From contig CAYPSS010000001.1 of NCBI GenBank assembly GCA_964413735.1, positions 56,237 through 120,236 of the forward strand: a stretch of DNA of 64,000 nucleotides, given 5' to 3'. The translations under genes were made by a program, and so were the position numbers. The notes under the pieces were generated by a model. It searched no databases, was not told the DNA's origin, and saw nothing but the letters and a program-made list of their open reading frames with translations. Below are positions 54,656-64,000 of this stretch, piece after piece (position 1 is the first letter of the stretch; the number at the start of each line of letters is the position of its first letter). Origin of the DNA: an uncultured Gammaproteobacteria bacterium. Lineage in GTDB: Bacteria; Patescibacteriota; Patescibacteriia; UBA11705.

Positions 54656-56281
54656 TTAATAAATTTTTTCCAAAGTAATGTTAGTATAATAATATTTTAG
54701 TAACTGATCATAGGTCCAGCCATCTTGTTTGGCTCTTTGCAGCGCATCAGAAGCATCAATTCCCACCCCATGGCCGAAAAGAGTTTTGCCCTCGGAATAA
54801 GGAGCGGGCACTGACACTAAATAAGGAACGGTGGAATTCCAAACTTCTTCGTAACTGCGCGTGCGTCCATCAGAGCGTGAGAAATAGGGAGCAACAATTA
54901 TTTTGTCATCATAAGTGGCGATAATTCCGGCGGTTTCATCCACTCCTCTTTTTACATTGGGGAATAAAAGCATGGAAACTTGGCCTTTGTAAACTTGATC
55001 GTAACGTGAATCAACATGATAAAATTCCCAGTCATGTTTTGAATAACGATCATAATGATACATCGCATAAGTTCGGGCGGCAACAGACATGGTTTTCTGG
55101 TATTCAATCGGGTCATAGTTAGTGGTTTCCTGGATTCCGGCTAAATAAGTTTCCAGTGGTAGTGTTTCAATCACCCAAACTTTGTCTTCGCAAGAGCCCC
55201 ACGTTTTGATGGAACAATCGTTATGTCTGATTTCCAGATTCCCAAGATAATCATTATAATTAATATTTTTGTTATAGGAAGGAATATCATTGTAGCTGGT
55301 GATCGTAAACAAACCATCATTATTATTGGCCAATTTTAAATATGAATCGGTTCTAATGGTTTTGTCAATGTGATCAAAAGAATATTGTTTGGTGGTTGAA
55401 TTATAGAAAAATCTAACCTCAATATTAGCCGGAATGGAGGCTAATAAAATATCATTTTGATCGTAGACTTGCCAGGCTTTGGTATTGAACATGGCTACAG
55501 ATTCCTCGGGATGAAATGGACCACCGAGATAAAATAACCCGACACGCATAATTGGCCCGAGCTCTGGCAAAGAAAATTTTTCAATACACGACACATTGTC
55601 AACCGCATCAATACCGGCAATTCGTAAATTCAAAGTACAAATTTGAGGAGAGTCGTTAGGTTCATTTTCCGAGCTTGGTTTTTCGACAATAATTTTTTCC
55701 GGTTCGGCTACCACGTTCATTCTGATTTTTGTTTCGCCTCCCCTGATCAAAACATTGTCATTAACCAAAACAAATTCGCCCGTATAATCTCCGAAATTTG
55801 GTGGTGCTTGTAGAGCAAAAACAAAGGTACCGATTTGTCCTGGCTCTACGGTTTGTTCTTGAAGTTGAGCGGGTAAAAAAGGATCCGGCCAAAAAGAATG
55901 TCTGAATTTAAGGGCGGTGGTTAATGATTTTAGATAAACATTTTTTTTGTTCCAAGTGGTTGTTCCTTCATTTTTATATTGAAGAGTAAAAGTAAAACCG
56001 GTATTGGGTCTGATATTTACATCGGTGTGAGATTGTTTTTGTACTGAACTGGCATTAATCAATTCTGCGGCACTGGCCGGAGTAATGGATAAATAATCTT
56101 TCAATTTTTTATCCATAATTATCATGTCGTGAATGATTCTTAGTCCGGTGGCCAGTGATAAAACCACGGTAAAAACAACAATAATATTAATAATTAAACT
56201 AGATTTAGCGCTTTTTTCTTGGATAGTGATTTCCGTTTGTTTTTTTAGCTGTTTTAATTTCTCCAATTTTTTATTTGGCAT
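54656..56281 (-). CDS. SpoIID/LytB domain protein (peptidoglycan-remodelling amidase enhancer / lytic transglycosylase-like)
   Basis: 541 aa; N-terminal TM anchor, Ig-like middle region, C-terminal SpoIID/LytB block ETLPLETYLAGIQETTNYDPIEYQKTMSVAARTYAMYH. Confidence 0.6.
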   Translation of the reverse strand: MPNKKLEKLKQLKKQTEITIQEKSAKSSLIINIIVVFTVVLSLATGLRIIHDMIIMDKKLKDYLSITPASAAELINASSVQKQSHTDVNIRPNTGFTFTLQYKNEGTTTWNKKNVYLKSLTTALKFRHSFWPDPFLPAQLQEQTVEPGQIGTFVFALQAPPNFGDYTGEFVLVNDNVLIRGGETKIRMNVVAEPEKIIVEKPSSENEPNDSPQICTLNLRIAGIDAVDNVSCIEKFSLPELGPIMRVGLFYLGGPFHPEESVAMFNTKAWQVYDQNDILLASIPANIEVRFFYNSTTKQYSFDHIDKTIRTDSYLKLANNNDGLFTITSYNDIPSYNKNINYNDYLGNLEIRHNDCSIKTWGSCEDKVWVIETLPLETYLAGIQETTNYDPIEYQKTMSVAARTYAMYHYDRYSKHDWEFYHVDSRYDQVYKGQVSMLLFPNVKRGVDETAGIIATYDDKIIVAPYFSRSDGRTRSYEEVWNSTVPYLVSVPAPYSEGKTLFGHGVGIDASDALQRAKQDGWTYDQLLKYYYTNITLEKIY

Positions 56282-56389
56282 AAAGTTGTTTATTTTTATA
56301 ATGTTATTTTATCATAAAAATATGCGGTTGTGAACCTATATATCTTAATAAAAAAATCACCCTTTGACAGATGATTTTTTGAAAAAAAA

Positions 56390-56956
56390 TTATTCGTTGG
56401 CGCGATTGCAGTATTCCCCGGTTTCCGTATTAACGACAATTTCTTCATTTTCTTTGATAAAGATCGGGGCATTGATTACTAAATCATTATCCAAGGTTAC
56501 TCTTTTGCTAATGTTTCCGGAAGCACTATTGCCCTTTACGGCCGGAGGGGCATCAACTACTTTGTAAGTAATTTTTTTTGGCAGTTGCATGGAAATTATT
56601 GCTCCTTGATAAACAGCCATCACCACATCAAGTCCTTCTTTGAGATATTTAACATCGTCACCCAAAACATCCGCGTTTACTTCAAAAGTTTCGTAAGTTT
56701 CCTGATTCATGAAGGAATACATCTCATTGTTTTTATAAAGATATTGCATGTTTACATAATCAACTTGAACGGTTTCTACTGATTCACTGCTTTTATAAGT
56801 TATTTCAATGGTTTTACCCGTGGCAATATTCTTTATTTTGGTTTTGGTAAAAGCCGAGCCCTTTCCCGGATTAACAAATTGAAAATCCGAAACCACATAT
56901 AAATCTCCTTGGTGGTTGATTACGACGCCTTTGCGAATGTCAGAGGTTGTTCCCAT
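56390..56956 (-). CDS. efp: Elongation factor P
   Basis: 188 aa; KOW-like N-domain with the modifiable lysine loop NPGKGSAFTKTKIKN; three-domain EF-P length. Confidence 0.9.
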   Translation of the reverse strand: MGTTSDIRKGVVINHQGDLYVVSDFQFVNPGKGSAFTKTKIKNIATGKTIEITYKSSESVETVQVDYVNMQYLYKNNEMYSFMNQETYETFEVNADVLGDDVKYLKEGLDVVMAVYQGAIISMQLPKKITYKVVDAPPAVKGNSASGNISKRVTLDNDLVINAPIFIKENEEIVVNTETGEYCNRANE

Positions 56957-56966
56957 AAAATAAAAG

Positions 56967-58097
56967 TTATTTGAATTGTTTTGATGCTGGTAATACTATC
57001 ACATCATTGATATTTTGACAAGCTAAGAAAAGCTGAATGATTCGGTCAACCCCTAGCGCAATTCCGGCACTTGGAGGCATGGCGGGCAGAGCTTGAAGCA
57101 GGTTTTCATCAATCGGTAACGGCTTTCTCCCCTCATTAATTTGCGTTTTTTGTTCTTGGCGGAAGCGTTTTTTTTGTTCTTTGGCATCGGTTAATTCCGT
57201 AAAGGCATTGGCTAATTCCAGATCTCCGGCATAGAGTTCGAAGCGCTCGGCATATTTGGGGTTATGTTTGGATAATTTTGATAATGAGGCCATGATTGCC
57301 GGATATTCATAAATAATCAAAAGCTCGGATTTGTTTAATCGGGGTTCGATTTTATTTAAAAAAATTCTATAAAATAATGATTCATAAGATTCTTTCTGGC
57401 TTGGTTTAAATCCCATTTTTTGACATAAATCATGCATGGATTTGACGGTCAAGTGTTGATCTAGATTTACATTAGCATATTTTTTCCAAAGATCTTTCAT
57501 AGTCATTTTATGGATTTTATCGAAGTTTACTTTTGAATTAAATTTAATTTTTCTTTTTTTTAATTCACGAGATAAAAAGTGAAACAATTTTTCCAAGTCA
57601 TCCATCAAAGTAAAATAATTTTTGTTGGTACGATACCACTCCGCCATAGTGAATTCCGGGTTATGCGTGCCACCAAAACTTTCATAATCGCGAAAACATT
57701 TTCCCAAATAAAATATTTTATCAAAGCCAATCGCCAGTAATTTTTTCATGGTATATTCAGGCGAAGTGTGTAGATAACCGGGGAAAGTCTCTTTGTTTTC
57801 ATTATGAGTATTGATTTGAAAAGGGATAATATTTGGTTCTTGGCCGACGTGAGAAACAATGATTGGCGCATCAATTTCCGTAAAATTTTGTTTTTCAAAA
57901 AATTGTCTGATTAATTTTAAAATTAAAAAGCGAATTTGATAATTTTTTTTATTTTTTTCTAAAAATAGTAATTGATTCATAAAAAAATATCCTGATCGGA
58001 TTATTATGAAAAAGAATTTATTGTGGGAGATGAAAGTTTTAAACCGTTCAAATGCCTTTAATGCTATTTTAAAAAAGGTAAAGTCGGTTTTCTCCAA
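56967..58097 (-). CDS. epmA: EF-P--(R)-beta-lysine ligase EpmA/GenX-like (class II LysRS catalytic-domain paralog lacking anticodon-binding domain)
   Basis: 376 aa; TSPEYTMKKLL, FRDYESFGGTHNPEFTMAEWY, AERFELYAGDLELANAFTELTDAKEQKKRF, AGIALGVDRIIQL closely parallel E. coli EpmA motifs; adjacent to efp; N-terminal 40 aa may be over-extended. Confidence 0.7.
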   Translation of the reverse strand: MEKTDFTFFKIALKAFERFKTFISHNKFFFIIIRSGYFFMNQLLFLEKNKKNYQIRFLILKLIRQFFEKQNFTEIDAPIIVSHVGQEPNIIPFQINTHNENKETFPGYLHTSPEYTMKKLLAIGFDKIFYLGKCFRDYESFGGTHNPEFTMAEWYRTNKNYFTLMDDLEKLFHFLSRELKKRKIKFNSKVNFDKIHKMTMKDLWKKYANVNLDQHLTVKSMHDLCQKMGFKPSQKESYESLFYRIFLNKIEPRLNKSELLIIYEYPAIMASLSKLSKHNPKYAERFELYAGDLELANAFTELTDAKEQKKRFRQEQKTQINEGRKPLPIDENLLQALPAMPPSAGIALGVDRIIQLFLACQNINDVIVLPASKQFK

Positions 58098-58108
58098 TCA
58101 TTGAAAGT

Positions 58109-58185
58109 TGGTGGACCTGAGGAGACTCGAACTCCTGACCTCTTCCATGCCATGGAAGCGCTCTACCAGCTAAGCTACAGGCCCT
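58109..58185 (-). tRNA. tRNA-Ala (anticodon GGC), CCA encoded, G3:U70 identity pair present
   Basis: GGGCCTGTAGCTTAGCTGGTAGAGCGCTTCCATGGCATGGAAGAGGGTCAGGAGTTCGAGTCTCCTCAGGTCCACCA. Confidence 0.85.
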
Positions 58186-58258
58186 CGGGGAAATTTGTTT
58201 TAGTTGTCCTTCGCCAAATTATTTCTTCGGCTGTGCCAGCCGTAGACTTGGTGAAGGT

Positions 58259-58333
58259 TGGTGGGCGCAAAGGGACTCGAACCCCCAACCAATTGCTTAA
58301 GAGGCAACTGCTCTACCATTGAGCTATGCGCCC
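58259..58333 (-). tRNA. tRNA-Lys (anticodon CUU), CCA encoded
   Basis: GGGCGCATAGCTCAATGGTAGAGCAGTTGCCTCTTAAGCAATTGGTTGGGGGTTCGAGTCCCTTTGCGCCCACCA. Confidence 0.8.
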
Positions 58334-58343
58334 GATATATTTA

Positions 58344-58420
58344 TGGTGCAGCCGAAGGGACTTGAACCCCCAACCTTCTGGTCCGAAGCCAGACGCTCTA
58401 TCCAGTTGAGCTACAGCTGC
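58344..58420 (-). tRNA. tRNA-Arg (anticodon UCG), CCA encoded
   Basis: GCAGCTGTAGCTCAACTGGATAGAGCGTCTGGCTTCGGACCAGAAGGTTGGGGGTTCAAGTCCCTTCGGCTGCACCA. Confidence 0.8.
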
Positions 58421-58436
58421 ATAGCTATATACTACA

Positions 58437-59150
58437 TTACCATTTATGATTTTTCAAGGCCAAGGCGGCGGCTTTTTCCTGCGCTTCTTGTTTGCTGGAT
58501 CCGGTGGCTGAAGCAATCAAATCTTTTTGTAAGTATATTCCCACTGTAAAAATTTTCGCATGATCCGGGCCTTCTTCATCTAAGACCTTGTAAGTTGGTG
58601 TGATCCCGACTTTTTCTTGAGCCAGTTCCTGAAATTTGGTTTTGGGATCAATAAAAAGACCCTTTTCTAAAATTTCTGATAAATGCGGGATTAAATACTT
58701 AATTATAAAATTTTTGGCCGGTTCCCACCCGCGATCTAAATAAATGGCACCGATTAAAGCTTCAAAAGCATTGGCTAAAATATAATCACGGCCCTTGCCT
58801 GTGTCTTTTTCTTCTCCTCGACTTAAATAAAGAAAATCATTCATCTCGATGTCACGAGCAATTCTTGCCAGCATGTTTCCATTAACCAAACTGGCGCGCC
58901 AATTGGTTAATTCGCCTTCCGGATTTGAGTAATTAAGATAAAGATATTCGGTTACCACCAATTCCAAGACAGCATCACCTAAAAATTCCAATCGTTCATT
59001 ATGATCGAGTTCAAAACTTTTATGTTCATTGAGATAGGAGCGATGAACAAACGCTTGTTGCAAAAGGCTTTTATTCTTGAATTTTAATTTAAGTGATTTC
59101 TCAAATAAAGTTAAATCTTTTATCATAAATTTTTCAATAAAAAATCTCAC
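58437..59150 (-). CDS. rnc: Ribonuclease III
   Basis: 237 aa; RNase III signature ERLEFLGDAVLELVV, C-terminal dsRBD. Confidence 0.9.
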   Translation of the reverse strand: MRFFIEKFMIKDLTLFEKSLKLKFKNKSLLQQAFVHRSYLNEHKSFELDHNERLEFLGDAVLELVVTEYLYLNYSNPEGELTNWRASLVNGNMLARIARDIEMNDFLYLSRGEEKDTGKGRDYILANAFEALIGAIYLDRGWEPAKNFIIKYLIPHLSEILEKGLFIDPKTKFQELAQEKVGITPTYKVLDEEGPDHAKIFTVGIYLQKDLIASATGSSKQEAQEKAAALALKNHKW

Positions 59151-59265
59151 TGATTGGTGGTTGTCGCATGAGTGAGATTATCATGAATTAACCACGCAAA
59201 ATAATTTACGTGGCAAGCAAAACACAATACCTTGATATTGTTCTTTACTTGCGTAATAAAAATAA

Positions 59266-59742
59266 TTATTTTTCAATCGACGAATCGTTTTCTTTGGGTT
59301 GGTTTTCTTTATCCTCGCTTTTATCAATATGCCCAATATCTTTGTAAATAGTACCTAGTACACCATTAACAAATTTTCCCGAGGATTCTCCTCCGTATGC
59401 TTTGGCCACTTCAATGGCTTCATTGATAGCTACTTTTGATGGGACATCTTGATCGAAAACCAATTCATAAATACCGATGCGTAAAATATTCCGATCAATA
59501 TTGGTGATTTGATCAATCGGCCATTCCGGAGCATATTTAACAATATACGTATCAATTTTTTTGATATTTTTCAGAACACCGGTGACGATTTTTTTGGTAA
59601 AGGATTGGTCGGCTTCTTTGGAAGAAAATTCATGAAAATCGTAATCAATGATGTGGGGTAAAACATCTTTTTTTTGTCCGCGAAAATCCCATTCATAAAG
59701 AGCTTGCATGGCTAAGGTACGAGATAGATGTCGATTTGACAT
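59266..59742 (-). CDS. nusB: Transcription antitermination factor NusB
   Basis: 158 aa all-helical; [14 protein letters not shown]-terminal NusB signature. Confidence 0.75.
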   Translation of the reverse strand: MSNRHLSRTLAMQALYEWDFRGQKKDVLPHIIDYDFHEFSSKEADQSFTKKIVTGVLKNIKKIDTYIVKYAPEWPIDQITNIDRNILRIGIYELVFDQDVPSKVAINEAIEVAKAYGGESSGKFVNGVLGTIYKDIGHIDKSEDKENQPKENDSSIEK

Positions 59743-59958
59743 AAAGGTACAAAATTTATTTCAATTATTTATATTATACACCAATTAATTAAAATTTGCA
59801 ATACTAACCTGATTATAAAACACTAAAATTAGCAAAAATTATCTATGTAAAGAATTTTCTTTTTATGATTTTAAAAAATTGAATAAGAACAATTGACCCA
59901 AAGAGCGAAATTTGCTATATTGTATAATGAATTTATGATGAAAAATCTGCTGTGAAAT

Positions 59959-61332
59959 ATGTCTAAAATTGCATTAATTTTACTTAAATTAGTGGTTTGG
60001 TCATTGGCTGGCCTAGGTTTTTTGTTTCATAAAATATGGGAAATATCAAGGATCGTTTTTCGACCAATTAAGAAAATAATTAGTCAGATCAGCTGGAAAA
60101 TTTTTTCACCATTTTATCGTTTGGCGCTATCAATTAAAAGAAAATTATTTGGTGTTTATTCTCCGGCGAGAAATAAGTTTTTTAATATATTAACAAAAAA
60201 ATACAGTATTCATTTTTTGGTGATTTTAGTGGTTTTTTTTGTGTTTGTCGGTAATATTAATGCTCAGGAGATACGACGGGAAAATATAGGAGAAAATTCC
60301 ATTATTTTTTCTTTGTTTACTGATCAAGGAGCTTATGAAGTGGAAATAGTGGAAGAACGCGCTACCATTAATCCCCAAGAAAGAATTTTAAGTTATATTG
60401 ATAAAAGTACGCAAGTAACCACCAATCGGACAATTTATGACATGGCTCAAATTTCTGAGGAACAATTGGCGCAAGAATTAAGTACCGTGACAGAAGGTGG
60501 GGCGGTGGTGGTTAAACAAAACATTGTGGACGCTAATTTACCCGAGGGCACGGCTACGCCACGCTCAGGAATTATTGTTCATAAAGTTAGTGATGGTGAA
60601 ACCATTTCGGCTATTGCCACTCGTTATGGGGTAAGCGTGAATACCATTTTGTGGCAAAATAATTTAACGGCGCGTAGTGTGATTCGACCGGGAGCGGAAT
60701 TGGAAATTTTACCGGTTTCCGGGGTGGTTCATTTGGTTAAAAGTGGAGAATCTTTGATTTCCATTTCAAAAAAATACGGGATTGATCAAGGGCTGATTAA
60801 TGAAACCAATAGCTTGTCAGACGGTGATTCTTTGAAAATTGGACAAGCATTAATTATTCCGGGGGGTTCGAAAATCACCACTGCTGTTTCCAGACCGCAA
60901 TATGCTTCTAATACACAAGTTGATTTGAAAAAGATTTTAACCGGAAGTGAATCTCGCGGTAGCAGTACCGGAACCGGAAAAATGTTATGGCCCACTTCAT
61001 GGCGAGTAATTACTCAATATTATAGTTGGCGTCACCATGGTTTAGATATTGATGGTGATTACAATTCACCGATTTATGCGGCTGATGATGGTGTGGTTAC
61101 GCGAGCCGGCTGGGGCACGGGTTATGGTAATATGTATATTGTTGATCATGGTAATGGCATTGTTACTTATTACGCGCATTTAAGTAAGTTGTATGCCAAA
61201 CTTGGTGACGTGGTTAAACGTGGTGATGTTTTAGGAATGATGGGGACTACCGGTTGGTCAACAGGTACTCATTTACATTTTGAAGTACGTGTTAATGGCG
61301 CGCAAATGAATCCATTACAATATATTCAATAA
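59959..61332 (+). CDS. LysM-domain M23 family metallopeptidase (peptidoglycan DD-endopeptidase)
   Basis: 457 aa; N-terminal TM, two LysM motifs (ISAIATRYGVSVNTILWQNNL; LISISKKYGIDQGLINETNSL), M23 motifs HHGLDIDG and GTTGWSTGTHLHFEV. Confidence 0.8.
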   Translation: MSKIALILLKLVVWSLAGLGFLFHKIWEISRIVFRPIKKIISQISWKIFSPFYRLALSIKRKLFGVYSPARNKFFNILTKKYSIHFLVILVVFFVFVGNINAQEIRRENIGENSIIFSLFTDQGAYEVEIVEERATINPQERILSYIDKSTQVTTNRTIYDMAQISEEQLAQELSTVTEGGAVVVKQNIVDANLPEGTATPRSGIIVHKVSDGETISAIATRYGVSVNTILWQNNLTARSVIRPGAELEILPVSGVVHLVKSGESLISISKKYGIDQGLINETNSLSDGDSLKIGQALIIPGGSKITTAVSRPQYASNTQVDLKKILTGSESRGSSTGTGKMLWPTSWRVITQYYSWRHHGLDIDGDYNSPIYAADDGVVTRAGWGTGYGNMYIVDHGNGIVTYYAHLSKLYAKLGDVVKRGDVLGMMGTTGWSTGTHLHFEVRVNGAQMNPLQYIQ

Positions 61333-61370
61333 TTTAAAATAAAAAATAGCGTTGGTTCAACGCTGTTTTT

Positions 61371-61826
61371 TTATAACGGTAAATAGTCACGATTTGTGCC
61401 GTTGAATTCTTGGAAATGATGTTCACAACAATCAAATTCATGAACTACGCCCCAAACATTGATCAAGGCACGATGAGTGGTTTTCCCAGGACAGTCTTTC
61501 ACTCGACAACCTTGATTTGGGTCAATCGGAGTTTTAATACGGGCGAAGTGATGCCACATAAAGGGGCCAAAAAGGTTATTGGCCTTGATATCAAAGCGCC
61601 AATCGTCATCTACTCTTAACTGATCCGCCGAGAAAAATTCAATGATCTTATCATGGTATTGTGCTCCATACAAATGCACAATTTCACATCTGGGGAAATT
61701 GACACCAAAGAATTCTTTACCACCACGAATTTCGTATTTTTTTACTTGGCCTTGTTTTCTATTAAACAAATTATTGGGATCAATAACCGTCACAATACTT
61801 TTAAGCGGGATGCTTCCCTGATCCAT
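61371..61826 (-). CDS. Hypothetical protein with Cys/His-rich C-terminal region (possible metal-binding)
   Basis: 151 aa; ...CRVKDCPGKTTHRALINVWGVVHEFDCCEHHFQEF. Confidence 0.4.
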   Translation of the reverse strand: MDQGSIPLKSIVTVIDPNNLFNRKQGQVKKYEIRGGKEFFGVNFPRCEIVHLYGAQYHDKIIEFFSADQLRVDDDWRFDIKANNLFGPFMWHHFARIKTPIDPNQGCRVKDCPGKTTHRALINVWGVVHEFDCCEHHFQEFNGTNRDYLPL

Positions 61827-61877
61827 ATGACCCTCAATAAAAAGGCTTTGTTATATTAAATAAAATATCTTTTTTTG

Positions 61878-63395
61878 TCAATCAATATTTTTGGTGCGAT
61901 ATTGAAGAGCTTCAGCTAAATGAGATAATAAAATGTTATTTTGATTATCAAAGTCAGCAATGGTTCGAGCAATTTTTAATACGCGGTGTTGTGATCTGGC
62001 CGATAGGTGAAGTTTGGCGGTGGCATTTTTTAACAATTCCAAACTGTCATCAGATAAACGACAAAACTGGGATATTTCTTCGGGTCGCATTTCCGCATTG
62101 AATTTTATTTTTTTGTCCGTGAAACGCTGATTTTGAATTTCTTGAACTTTAATTATTCGTTCACGAATATCTTTGGATGTTTCTGCTTTTGTTTCGTTAT
62201 AAAGTTTTTCAAATTTAACTCTTGGGACCTCCACATGCAAATCAATCCGATCAAGAATTGGGCCGGAAATTTTTTTTCGATATTTCAAAATTTGTCCTAT
62301 AGAACAAGTACAGGTTTGTTCCGGATCAGAGGCATAACCGCAAGGACAGGGGTTTTGACTGGCCACCAGAGTAAAGCGGGCCGGGAAACTCAATGTTCCT
62401 TGAGCCCGAGAAATGGATACCACCCCATCTTCCAGCGGTTGCCGGAGATTTTCCAATACCATTCTTGGAAACTCGGGTAATTCATCTAAAAACAATACTC
62501 CACGATGAGCCAAACTGATTTCTCCGGGACGAGGAAACTTCCCTCCTCCCACCAGCGCCACGCCGGAACTGGTATGATGCGGGGAACGAAACGGTCTGGT
62601 ATTAATAATTGGTTTATCATTTGGCAATAATCCGGCAATGGAATATATTTTGGTGATTTCCAAAATTTCTTGATTGGAAAGAGGAGGTAAAATCCCAGGT
62701 AGCGCGCGAGCCATCAATGTTTTCCCTGACCCGGGTGGACCGTTCATTAATATATTATGTGCGCCGGCCGCTGACAATTCCAAGGCGCGTTTTACATGTT
62801 CTTGGCCTTTGATAAAGGACATGTCCACTTCATAAGAGGCAAATGCCGGAGAAATAATTCCGCCGGTTATCAACGGAGAAATTATATTTTCTTGATTTAA
62901 ATGAGCATAAAGCTCGTGCAAGCTATTAATTGGAAAAATATTGATTCCTTCTACTAAAGAAGCTTCGCTTTTATTTTTTTCTGGAATAAAAATATTTTTA
63001 TATCCCAAATCTCGAGCGGCAATGGTGGCGGGAAGAATGCCACTGGTTTTTCGTACTTGACCGTCAAAAGCCAATTCGCCGATAAAAATTGAATCACCTA
63101 GATCTTGTTTTAATTGCTTGGTTGTTAATAAAATGGAAACAGCAATAGCCATATCATACAGTGATCCTTCTTTGCGAACATTGGCCGGTGCTAAGTTAAC
63201 GGTTAATTTTTGACGCGGAAAAATAAAACCACTGTTTTTAATGGCAAATTTAACACGTTCTTTGGCTTCTTGAATTGCCGTATCTGGTAATCCGACAATA
63301 ATAAAAGCCGGCAGTTCACTGGAAGTATCGGTTTCAATTTCCACCATTTGCGATTCCAGGCCGGTTAAAACAATTGATTTTACTTTGGCAAGCAT
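61878..63395 (-). CDS. comM: YifB/ComM family Mg-chelatase-like AAA+ ATPase
   Basis: 505 aa; N-terminal Lon-protease-like domain MLAKVKSIVLTGLESQMVEIE, Walker A GPPGSGKT, Mg-chelatase ChlI-type motifs. Confidence 0.85.
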   Translation of the reverse strand: MLAKVKSIVLTGLESQMVEIETDTSSELPAFIIVGLPDTAIQEAKERVKFAIKNSGFIFPRQKLTVNLAPANVRKEGSLYDMAIAVSILLTTKQLKQDLGDSIFIGELAFDGQVRKTSGILPATIAARDLGYKNIFIPEKNKSEASLVEGINIFPINSLHELYAHLNQENIISPLITGGIISPAFASYEVDMSFIKGQEHVKRALELSAAGAHNILMNGPPGSGKTLMARALPGILPPLSNQEILEITKIYSIAGLLPNDKPIINTRPFRSPHHTSSGVALVGGGKFPRPGEISLAHRGVLFLDELPEFPRMVLENLRQPLEDGVVSISRAQGTLSFPARFTLVASQNPCPCGYASDPEQTCTCSIGQILKYRKKISGPILDRIDLHVEVPRVKFEKLYNETKAETSKDIRERIIKVQEIQNQRFTDKKIKFNAEMRPEEISQFCRLSDDSLELLKNATAKLHLSARSQHRVLKIARTIADFDNQNNILLSHLAEALQYRTKNID

Positions 63396-63491
63396 ATATT
63401 ACATTTTACCATGACTTAAGACAAATAAAAAAATATTGACAAATTGCTTAGTTTTTTTTAAGATGATCACAGTTCTTTTAGAGGGTAATCA

Positions 63492-63725
63492 ATGATCTGC
63501 CCACAATGTCAAAAAGGAAATATCAGAATTTTGGGTGATAATGTTTGTTCTTGCGGTTGTTCACGTTTTATTTGTGATTGTTGTTTATCTGTTTTTGTTG
63601 GTTCAAGAACCGGTTTTGTCAGTGATGGTAAAGTGGTTAAAGATCCGATTGTGGATTTAATGATTAATAATGTTGATCAGTTAAAAAGATTGCAAAAATT
63701 GGTTTTGGATTTGCCTATAGTTTAA
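63492..63725 (+). CDS. Small Cys-rich hypothetical protein
   Basis: 77 aa; MICPQCQKG...CSCGCSRFICDCC; no SD; uncertain. Confidence 0.3.
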   Translation: MICPQCQKGNIRILGDNVCSCGCSRFICDCCLSVFVGSRTGFVSDGKVVKDPIVDLMINNVDQLKRLQKLVLDLPIV

Positions 63726-63773
63726 ATTTGTAATTACAAAAAGCGTTTATTAGAACGCTTTTTTCTTTTATAT

Positions 63774-63983
63774 TTATATAATATTGAAAACAATAAATAT
63801 CCCGAGCACAATCATTCCTACTCCCATAATAATTCTTAAAAAGGTTTTATTTTTTGAAAACCAGAGTTTGATTTTTTCCGAGGATGAAGCAAATAAAATC
63901 AACAACCAAATAACAATCAGTGGCAAAATAAAGAAAAAGTTATAAAGCAATAAATAAAGTACTGGTTTTAAGGTTAATCCCAT
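63774..63983 (-). CDS. Small two-TM membrane protein, hypothetical
   Basis: 69 aa hydrophobic ORF near window end. Confidence 0.3.
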   Translation of the reverse strand: MGLTLKPVLYLLLYNFFFILPLIVIWLLILFASSSEKIKLWFSKNKTFLRIIMGVGMIVLGIFIVFNII

Positions 63984-64000
63984 TTGTCCGAGAAGCGCCA

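Overview
AT-rich bacterial chromosome segment with compact gene organisation. Most genes lack Shine-Dalgarno sequences, and the gene content (bifunctional PGI/PMI, many tandem small pilin-like proteins, giant surface proteins, orphan solute-binding protein) resembles CPR/Patescibacteria-type genomes, with the standard genetic code. The window spans the chromosomal origin: rpmH-rnpA-yidD on the minus strand, then a DnaA-box region, then dnaA and dnaN on the plus strand. Other housekeeping genes: ruvC, yebC, ruvB, rarA, galU, efp plus an EpmA-like ligase, rnc, nusB, comM/yifB, and eight tRNAs (Leu-UAA twice, Leu-CAA, Gly-GCC, Ala-GGC, Lys-CUU, Arg-UCG). Notable accessory content: (1) a four/five-gene operon of ATP-grasp peptide ligases, one fused to a retropepsin-like DTGA protease, plus a PKD/7TM membrane protein; (2) eight tandem paralogs of small two-TM pilin-like proteins, one carrying a large adhesin-like ectodomain, followed by a lipoprotein solute-binding protein; (3) a restriction-modification island (Type III Mod/Res, HARE-HTH nuclease-like protein, nucleoside 2-deoxyribosyltransferase-like protein, SAM methyltransferase) sitting where yidC is usually found next to oriC and including a 1.7-kb insert bounded by about 88-bp direct repeats; (4) two tRNA loci (Leu-UAA, Gly-GCC) followed by tandem arrays of their own 3' ends (204-bp x2, 84-bp x2), the tRNA-Leu also neighboured by a small GIY-YIG gene and a disrupted 5' tRNA fragment; (5) a cohesin-like/dockerin-like surface protein cluster ending in a 1533-aa protein with 12 tandem repeats of about 97 aa; (6) GC-rich gene cassettes with canonical promoters and strong SDs that stand out against the genome background; (7) a modular family of dispersed intergenic palindromic repeats. 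All annotations rest on reading motifs in the sequence without database searches.
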